A DNA stretch of 64,000 nucleotides from Eledone cirrhosa (Eukaryota). Each line of letters begins with the position of its first letter. The stretch's first letter is position 1. The notes under the pieces were generated by a model. That model saw nothing but the letters and a program-made list of their open reading frames with translations, did no database searches and had not been told where the DNA came from. Positions 1 through 64,000 of the stretch are shown one piece after another. Location of the stretch: NCBI GenBank assembly GCA_964016885.1, contig OZ024750.1, forward strand, positions 28,892,001 through 28,956,000. Reading direction: 5' to 3'. Both the position numbers and the translations under genes were made by a program.

Positions 1-179
1 TATATATATATATATATATAAACATACATATATATGGTATTAGTATTGGTGCTCTGAAATAGCGATGTATACATGAATGTATGTATAATATATTTAGCAA
101 TATACCGTATGTTTAATTAAAAACATTTAGAAGACCATTCGCTATCAATTTTAAAGTAGTGACTATGCCACTTCTTTTT

Positions 180-260
180 GGCGAAAGAAGGGAGAGAAGC
201 TGAAAGTCTGTTTCACGCTGGTTGGCGTTCATCAGAGCCACGTAATCCCCTGCTTTCGCC
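180..260 (-). ncRNA. Type I hammerhead ribozyme-like motif (Penelope/retrozyme type)
   Basis: Minus strand: ggct-CUGAUGA-ACGC(caacca)GCGU-GAAA-cagac-u-UUC-agct, enclosed by ggcgaaag...cuuucgcc; the element lies between (TA)n runs. Confidence 0.65.
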
Positions 261-2279
261 GAAAATTATACAAGCTGGATTCTTATATTTATATATATAT
301 ATATATCATAAATAATACACTGGAGAGAACAACAATGATTTATGAATACATATATTTTTAATGGCTGACAATTTATTTCTAACACTAACTCCTGGATATA
401 CACATAGATGATATGAATACTGATTATAAATCGATATTAGTACAGCAATAATAAATGTGTGATACAGTATTTTCATCAGAGCCGAAAGAAATAATTATAA
501 CATATTAACTCGAAAATCAAAACGGATCACCGAAGTGATAGACCTACAGTCAAGGTGGAATCTTGATATTAAAATGGTAGAAGTTATAAACCGTTAGAAC
601 CACCATATTGTTCAGGTTCGAAAATGAAATATACAATTCATTTTCAAAGGGAGATAATTAAGTAGTACAGTGTAGGAAAATTTAAATGAGTATTCTTAAA
701 AAAAGAAAAGGAGAGAAATTAATCATAAAGTAAGATGTTCAGGACAAAATAAACATAAGAAAACATTTGTTTAATGATAAAATAAAAATTATATCCATTT
801 ATTACTAGGAGGGTGTATAAAGGTCGAAACAATAACATAGAACCCTAAAGAAAATAATTAATATTAATTATTTCTACTTTTGGAACAAGGCCAGCAATTA
901 ATCCAGTGTATTACTGGTACTTTATTTTATCGAGCCCGTAAGGATGAAAGGTAAAGTTAACCTCGGCGGGATTTGAACCATAAAAATATTAATGGGAATT
1001 AGTTAGAGTGCATTAAAAACATATTGAAATAATTAAAGATAATTAAATTAAACAGGGAATCTATAAGATCGAAGATATATGCAGGTAATAGTATGTAATA
1101 TAAGATTGCATTACAAGTGAAAATAAAAATTGTATATGTATATATAAATGTATAAAAATATATATATGTATGTATAAATGTATAAAAATATATATGTATA
1201 TATAAATGTTGTTATACTTTGGGAGGGTCATGTTGCCAATAAGAAACACACGCACCATTTGCTTTCACTTCAATTTATTATAAATTTCCGGTTGGCTGGT
1301 TCCACAACCGGATGGTTGTTCATATATTGTCAAAGTTCTTTCGTCACACATTCTGGGGATTCTTTTCTTTGTTTTGTGCATCTCCTGTTCTGTCCTACGC
1401 CATCTTTTTTTTTGTGTGTCATATATATAAATGTATATGAATATAAAAATATATATGTATGTATAAATGTATAAAAATATAAAATGTATATATAAATATA
1501 TATGAATATAAAAATATATATGTATGTATAAATGTATAAAAATATAAAATGTATATATAAATATATATGAATATAAAAATATATATGTATGTATAAATGT
1601 CGTCTATACCGAGGTGATTTTTTTCATTGAAAAAAAAAAAAAAAAAATCTATAAAAGAAATGAATTGTGGTAATTGGTTGAAATACAGGGGGTTTTTTTT
1701 GTTTTGCTTTTTTAGAAAACACTCATTTCATATAGACTGTGTAGCTGGACTATCGTCTATACGGAGATAAAAGATTTTTTTCATTTAAAAAAAAAAATCT
1801 ATAAACGAAACGAATGGAGGAAATTCGTTCGGAATACAGATTTTCATAAGAAAATTGTTAATATTTCAAAACGATGTTTTTAATGAATATAATTTCATAA
1901 TTTAAAGAAAAAACGAAATTCAGAGATCGAATCCCTTATCGTCGCAATATCACCAATGCGCTAATAATTTTCTTGTAAAAATATATTTACTCGAATACCA
2001 AATTACCTCCCTTCGTTTCGTTTATAGTTTTTTTAAACAAAAAAATGTTAAAAGTACCCATAAGTATGAGTAATCTACTCAGTAGTATTGCGGCCTTCTA
2101 GATGACCCCAGACACTTCATTTACATTTTTACTCTTCAAATGCGATGACTGTGGTATTTTGTATGAGTTATCTCTCTTGAACAGTAAAATTGTTTGTATT
2201 ACGACCATATAACAGAGTTTCTGAACCAAAAAGGGTTTCGCGTTTGAAAAAGTTTGGGAAACCCTGACATAATGTAAAG

Positions 2280-2621
2280 TTAAATGTGTGGACGTAGAGA
2301 AGACATAAACAGACTCATTAACTGCTTAATGAACACAACCACAAGGATATGGTCCGAACGTGGAAGAGCCGAACTCCCACTGTCACCGCCTCCATCTCTC
2401 TCGCCCTCCCCATCGCTCCGTATGGTGAGAACAAATGGGGTCCCACGTGCTGGCTTCCCCACAGCCCCGGCGGACAGAATGGAGAAGGAGTTTCCCCGGA
2501 GGATGGTGAGAGAGATGCGCTGGAAGAGCCATTCCAACTGGATAGGCTCACACCTGCGGCTGGCCAGCTCAGCGCCTATGATGGTGGATAGGGAGGCTTG
2601 TATTATGTCTTGACATTGGTT
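2280..2621 (-). mobile_element. 3' fragment of a CRE-clade (restriction-like endonuclease) non-LTR retrotransposon
   Basis: Translation IGAELASRRCEPIQLEWLFQRISLTILRGNSFSIL resembles the CRE C-terminal motif FLxQRISLAIQRGNAxSIL; GC-rich island in AT-rich DNA. Confidence 0.6.
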
Positions 2622-2667
2622 TTAAATCAGATGAATCTTTTCTTTTAACACTTCATCACTGTTTGCA

Positions 2668-2920
2668 ACAGATTGTTAGGTTTTAAGGGAAAACCCGCGA
2701 ATTTGCGGGGATACATTGTATATATATGCAACAGATTATAAGGAAAAATCCGCGCATAACGAAGCTGCGAATATGCGGGGTACACTCTATATATAGAACA
2801 GATTATTAGGTTCTAAAGGAAAATCTGCGAATATAAGGGTGTACACTTTATATATTCAACAAATTATTAGTTAGTTTCTAAAGGAAAAAAAAAAATCTGC
2901 GAATACAGGGGAAGTAACTC
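2668..2920. repeat. Imperfect ~60-bp tandem repeat, about 4 units
   Basis: aacagattattagg...aaaatctgcgaatat...gtacact units. Confidence 0.55.
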
Positions 2921-3984
2921 TAAACAAAGGGAGACAACTCTCATCATCATTGTTTAACGTCTATCTTCCGTGCTAGCATGGGTTAGGCTAATAAGTGTTT
3001 AATATAAATAGTCCCGGCCGGAATTAAGCCACGTGCCCTCGTATCGATTCAATCTCCAAACATAGAATGGTCACGCCATACATAAGTAGGCGACGAAGTC
3101 CGAAACGTTACGTGCAGCAGGACGCCAAGCCGCAATATTACTAAATTAGTCATACTTATAGGTAAAATTTTATTTATTTCAAAAAATATATATATAGAAA
3201 TGGCAAGAAGGCAAGATAACACGCCTGAAAATATATATCGTGTGTTACTTTGCTCTCATTCCGTTCCTATATTAATTTAGAAATTACTAGTATTTTGTAC
3301 ATATATACAGAACAATAAATATTTAAGTAAATATACTTTCTGGAATTAAGAATGCAAACCGTCGATTTTGGTAATAAGAATTTTATATACATATGTGTGT
3401 GTATATATATATATATATACATACATATATATGTATATGTATAAATATATATGTATGTACTAAATATATATACACACATACAATCGATGTGTGCATATAT
3501 CGATTTTGGTAATAGGAAATTTATATACGTATGTATATATAGGGTGAACGGTAAAAATGGCACAAGAGGTGGTGGCGGTGGTGGCGGTAGTAGTAATACT
3601 ATTACTACTACCACCACCACCACCACTACTACGAGTATATATATGTGTGAAAAAGAGAAAAAATAACAAGAGAGAAGAATCAACCCCAGTACATGACTGG
3701 TACTTTATTTATCAACCTCGAAAGGATAAAAGGCAAAGTTGACCTCGGTGGGATTTGAACTCAGAGTAGAGTACAGTAAGCCAGAACAACTACCCACAAG
3801 GTATTTTAACTGACCCCCTGACAACTCTGCCAGTTTCCCCCCTACCTTACAGACATTATAGAAATACTGGGAAGACACTGGCTATATACAGAAGTTGTTA
3901 AAAAATAGACACAGTCTTCATTTTTATATTATTATTATTATTATCCCATGTTGGTTTATAGTGGTCAACTACTCTAGTAAGCAT

Positions 3985-4192
3985 GCTTCTGAAGACGCTA
4001 TAGGGTCTCCTGAAGACCCTATAAATGTAGTATCAACAGGGTTTTCTGATGACCCTGTAGATGAAGTATTTATAGGGTCTTCAGAAGAACCTATAGATCA
4101 AGTATCTATAGGGATTTCTGAAGACCCTTGTAAATTAAATGCCTATAGGGTCTTCTGAAGATCCCATAGATGAAGCATCTAGAGGATCTTCT
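3985..4192. repeat. ~36-bp palindromic tandem repeat
   Basis: gaagaccctataga...tctatagggtcttc units. Confidence 0.65.
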
Positions 4193-6289
4193 AGGCTATA
4201 ATACATAGACTAGAGTGGCTTCCATTTCATTTCCCCAGGTAGGTATGATGTATGTATGTGTATATATATGTATATATACACATATACATATATATATATA
4301 CACATATATAAGAATGTTCTAACATGTTCTGTCAAATATTCCAATCAATGAGGTAAACCAAACCATTCACAACACTAACAGATTTCATACCAACTCACAT
4401 TAAACCCCACCCTGTTCTTTCTATCCTGTAAAACTGTGTTTTGTAGTGTTCATATTTATATACAAAATCTTCCATAATTTTTTGTTCAATATTCTAAATA
4501 TCAGTTTACTAATGAAAAAGTCATTTTACTAAAATTCAAATATTTTTTATTTACAAAATAAATCAAAACATTCGCTGTGTATTTCATTAGAATTATGGTA
4601 ACAAAGGGTTAATAATTAAACTAACGATCTCTTTTTTTCTGCTCACAATGAATGTTGATTTTAATTAATTAATTAAAGTTTAGCTCATTATATTAAGTAT
4701 GTTAGCAGCCACAGGACTTTTCTAGGTAAGCCCTGCCCTCATCTCACCCCTGACCCCTCTTCGTTCTTTTAATCCCATCACATATTAACGACCTTATTGC
4801 CAACCCACCTGAGACTGCTCTGGGTTCTATGATACAAAATCTCTAGTTTTAAAATTGCCGTTATTCAAATTAAAACATTCCATCATAAGTTTATGTAAGA
4901 ACATTTTCTTCAATAGTGTTCCAAACATCAGCTTGATAATGAAATAGTTATTTTACTAAAGTCCTCCAAATTCTTGATTATTTTTCCAAATTAATTGAAA
5001 CATATGGATAGCGTATTTCATTAGAAATATGGAAACAAAAGGATTAATAGTAGGAGAGTTCCTAAAAAGTGTTGTTGTCTCCAGCTTAACTCAATAAAAC
5101 AAAACATTTCCAACAGATTTGAACTCCCTAACAACTACTACTGAGAATATAATTATGTAACCCTTTTGTTGCCAACCTAGCCAAAACTGGCTCTAGTTCT
5201 ATGAAATAAAACCATCCAATTTAAAGGTTTCCAATTTAAATTAAAATCTTCCAACATAATTTTATATAAGAACCTTACAGTAAGTTACTATTTTAGTAAT
5301 GAAATAATGAATAATTTTAATTAATTGAAATAGAAGTATTTCATTAGAATTAGTCATGAAAGGGTTAACAATGTGGTCTCTTTGTCACCAGATCCATCTC
5401 AGTTAATCTTCTGATTGAACCAAAATGTCTCTCTCTTCACCTATCACTGTTTGTATTTCCAATAGTGTTTTTTTAAAGTATGTCAGTAAAATTAGTAGTT
5501 TGTCTGCCCATATGTTAGCTACCATTAGATGTAAGACTATTTCTTCAGGAAGTCTCACATAGTGGCCTTACCTCCTAAAGTTAACCTAACCACTAGATTT
5601 AAGTCTATTCCATCAGGATATCTCACAGTGACCTTATCTTCCACAATTAACCTAACCATGTGTTAGCTACCATATTTGTGGTTAATTTTTCAGAATGTCT
5701 CACACAGCAACCCTATCTTCCATAGTTAATCTAGCAAAGTGTTAGTTACCAATAACACTAGATTAAAGACTGTCTTCAGGATATCTCACCCTTAATAAAT
5801 GTATGGTATATACTCCAGAATTGTACATGACTTGACTGCAAGTAACAATCATAGTTTTTTTTTGTAGGTATTATTTATTGAAATTGTTGTTTAGCCCCAG
5901 GCCAGCTATAACCAAGCAAATTTATGATCAAAGATGTTCCAACCTTCCCATCTTTTTATATATCCAATCACTATACTGTCCAATATGAATGTCTGAATGT
6001 CTATTATAGAAGACTCCTTGTTGATGACAAACTAAGTGGCAGTGGGTCATAGACAACCTAAGTGGCACTTGGGCCTACACACACATCATAGTTGATGTTA
6101 GATAGAGTATCGAGTTGTTCCAACATAACTGAGTAATATTTCTATTGGAAATATCATAGCAACCATTGGGGAAAGACACTCACATAGTTACTATAACATG
6201 ACTGAGTGACAACACCATCATCATCATCATCATTTAACATCACAGCAAAGGTTGGACATGTCATCACAGACCAGTCAGTACCCATACGA

Positions 6290-7480
6290 ACCAGTATATG
6301 ATATCTATTGAAAATATAACAGCCATCAGTGAAATACCCACTTCAATATAACATAGTAATACATCTATTGAGAATATCATAGTAGTAACTATTCAAATGC
6401 TTCAATATAGTGACTGTAATAAACATAGTGATACATTTATTGAGAATATAGGGGCCATCAGTAAAATACAATATAGTTACTTTGATATAACTTAGTGATA
6501 TATCTATTGAAAATATCCCTATAGCCACCTATGAAATACTCACTTCAACATAGTTACTTTAATATAACATAGTGCTATATCTATTGAAAATATCACAGTT
6601 GCTATGAAGAGAAAGAAATATACACTCCAATATAACATAGCTACTTTAATATACCTTAGTGATATATCTATTGAAACTATCACAGTAGCCGCCTGTGAAA
6701 TACCCACTTTAATATAACATAGGTCGATATCTACTGAAAATATAGTAGCTATCAAGAAAATACATACTCCAATATTATCATTCTAACATAACCTAGTGAT
6801 ATATCTATTGAAACTATCGCAGTAGCTGCCTGTGAAATACCCACTTTAATATAGCATAGGTCGATATCTACTGAAAATATAGTAGCTATCAAGAAAATAC
6901 ATACTCCAATATTATCATTCTAACATAACCTAGTGATATATCTATTGAAACTATCACAGTAGCCGCCTGTGAAATACTCACTTCAACATAGTTACTATAA
7001 TATAGCATAGTGATATATCTACTGGATATCTCCTGGAGACAACACCCTATAAAAGAACTTCTCCATGGTAAAATACCATCAATATCACGTATTGTCAGAG
7101 AAATAAGAACAAGATTCGATGGACATAGCTGGAGAGCAAAGGATGAAATCATCAGTGACATTCTTCTTTGGGAACCAAAGCATGGATACTCAAATGTTGG
7201 TAAACCACACAACATCAAACCTACATAAAACAAATGTCCAAGGATTCTGAGTACAGCCAATAAGATCTACCTTGAGCAATGGCAGACTGAACAGACTGGA
7301 GAGAACGAGTAATGGTGATCCATATAATAAGCACACCCAGATGATGATGATGTCTTATTGAAAATATCAAAGCAGCCATGAAGAGAATGCTCACTTCAAT
7401 ATAGTTACTGTAACATAGCTTAGTGATATATCTATTGAAAATATAGTAGCAGCCATCTGTGAAATACACTAACATAACTA
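6290..7480. repeat. Degenerate ~65-bp minisatellite interrupted by an RTE fragment
   Basis: Recurrent gtgatatatctattgaaaatat...tgaaatac. Confidence 0.75.
7022..7352 (+). mobile_element. RTE LINE 3' fragment inserted in a minisatellite
   Basis: LDISWRQHPIKELLHGKIPSISRIVREIRTRFDGHSWRAKDEIISDILLWEPKHG is RTE C-terminal-like; ends in (GAT)n. Confidence 0.75.
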
Positions 7481-7486
7481 AGTGAT

Positions 7487-7701
7487 ACATCTGCTGCAAA
7501 CTTTACATCTGTTGGAAATATTGCATCTGTTGGAAACATTACATCTGTTTGGAAACATTACATCTGTTTGGAAACATTACATCTGTTTGGAAACATTACA
7601 TCTGTTTGGAAACATTACATCTGTTTGGAAACATTACATCTGTTTGGAAACATTACATCTGTTTGGAAACATTACATCTGTTTGGAAACATTACATCTGT
7701 T
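7487..7701. repeat. 19-bp tandem repeat (acatctgtttggaaacatt)
   Basis: About 11 units, ~280 nt downstream of the MED14 stop. Confidence 0.9.
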
Positions 7702-7975
7702 AGGGGAAATCCTTACTCCAATAATTCATGCTTGCAGAATCCTCCAAATGGTGCTAATATGGAAAATCAGATCTTAAAACATGAAGGATAAGAAATAAAA
7801 AATAAATTAAACAAAAACAAAATAGAAAACCTGTCTGCCGTTCTTTGTTGTTGCAAAGAATATTAAAGTGAAGACTGAGTCGTAAGAATACTTTACAGAC
7901 AGGAAATCAACTTAAGGAAGTGTCTTGTAAACATATTTTACATGAAAGATGTCTTTAGAGGTATTTATATTAACA

Positions 7976-62414
<54,439 letters not shown>

Positions 62415-62436
62415 CTACAAATATGAAAATTATATC

Positions 62437-64000
62437 AGATACTGTACAGGTGTCACAATTGAGGTGTCAACTATATATATATAATAGATACTGTACAGGT
62501 GTCACAATTGAGGTGTCAACTATATATATATAATAGATACTGTACAGGTGTCACAATTGAGGTGTCAACTATATATATATAATAGATACTGTACAGGTGT
62601 CACAATTGAGGTGTCAACTATATATATATAATAGATACTGTACAGGTGTCACAATTGAGGTGTCAACTATATATATATAATAGATACTGTACAGGTGTCA
62701 CAATTGAGGTGTCAACTATATATATATAATAGATACTGTACAGGTGTCACAATTGAGGTGTCAACTATATATATATAATAGATACTGTACAGGTGTCACA
62801 ATTGAGGTGTCAACTATATATATATAATAGATACTGTACAGGTGTCACAATTGAGGTGTCAACTATATATATATAATAGATACTGTACAGGTGTCACAAT
62901 TGAGGTGTCAACTATATATATATAATAGATACTGTACAGGTGTCACAATTGAGGTGTCAACTATATATATATAATAGATACTGTACAGGTGTCACAATTG
63001 AGGTGTCAACTATATATATATAATAGATACTGTACAGGTGTCACAATTGAGGTGTCAACTATATATATATAATAGATACTGTACAGGTGTCACAATTGAG
63101 GTGTCAACTATATATATATAATAGATACTGTACAGGTGTCACAATTGAGGTGTCAACTATATATATATAATAGATACTGTACAGGTGTCACAATTGAGGT
63201 GTCAACTATATATATATAATAGATACTGTACAGGTGTCACAATTGAGGTGTCAACTATATATATATAATAGATACTGTACAGGTGTCACAATTGAGGTGT
63301 CAACTATATATATATAATAGATACTGTACAGGTGTCACAATTGAGGTGTCAACTATATATATATAATAGATACTGTACAGGTGTCACAATTGAGGTGTCA
63401 ACTATATATATATAATAGATACTGTACAGGTGTCACAATTGAGGTGTCAACTATATATATATAATAGATACTGTACAGGTGTCACAATTGAGGTGTCAAC
63501 TATATATATATAATAGATACTGTACAGGTGTCACAATTGAGGTGTCAACTATATATATATAATAGATACTGTACAGGTGTCACAATTGAGGTGTCAACTA
63601 TATATATATAATAGATACTGTACAGGTGTCACAATTGAGGTGTCAACTATATATATATAATAGATACTGTACAGGTGTCACAATTGAGGTGTCAACTATA
63701 TATATATAATAGATACTGTACAGGTGTCACAATTGAGGTGTCAACTATATATATATAATAGATACTGTACAGGTGTCACAATTGAGGTGTCAACTATATA
63801 TATATAATAGATACTGTACAGGTGTCACAATTGAGGTGTCAACTATATATATATAATAGATACTGTACAGGTGTCACAATTGAGGTGTCAACTATATATA
63901 TATAATAGATACTGTACAGGTGTCACAATTGAGGTGTCAACTATATATATATAATAGATACTGTACAGGTGTCACAATTGAGGTGTCAACTATATATATA
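62437..64000. repeat. 49-bp homogeneous tandem array running off the window
   Basis: agatactgtacaggtgtcacaattgaggtgtcaactatatatatataat, about 32 units. Confidence 0.97.

Noticed and set aside
455-490. Second CUGAUGA on the minus strand near the hammerhead
   Set aside because: No stem II or GAAA box follows it.
2284-2613. 109-aa plus-strand ORF
   Set aside because: No recognisable domain; it is the antisense of the CRE-like fragment.
3085-3115. cgacgaagtccgaaacgtt, resembling a minimal hammerhead
   Set aside because: Lacks the CUGA of the catalytic core and a convincing stem I.
3895-4158. 87-aa ORF with SEDP repeats
   Set aside because: Explained by a 36-bp palindromic tandem repeat; starts at TTG and has no homology I recognise.

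Overview
Eukaryotic, AT-rich, repeat-dense DNA. The SINE families, RTE LINE tails and (TA)n/(GA)n/(CAT)n microsatellites suggest an octopus or other cephalopod; this is an inference. Most of the window (7976-62414, minus strand) is the Mediator subunit 14 gene (MED14). I traced 37 coding exons by hand; all splice phases join into one 4140-nt frame (1379 aa + stop), and the first ~115 codons lie beyond the right edge. The gene has two U12-type (minor spliceosome) GT-AG introns, one GC-AG intron, and three short duplications that copy its own splice junctions. The introns hold a 5'-truncated RTE LINE with a PHD-like finger, young tRNA-derived SINEs that share this LINE's 3' tail, a second abundant SINE family, piggyBac-, hAT- and Tc1/mariner-type MITEs, and many minisatellites. 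Several minisatellites derive from RTE sequence (a 48-bp 3'-UTR unit and a 90-bp ORF2 unit) or are built from hairpins. Outside the gene are a near-complete type I hammerhead ribozyme (180-260, minus strand) and a CRE-clade retrotransposon 3' fragment; degenerate hammerhead relics also occur inside introns. There is no CRISPR array, rRNA or true tRNA gene, and I found no clearly new multi-gene system.
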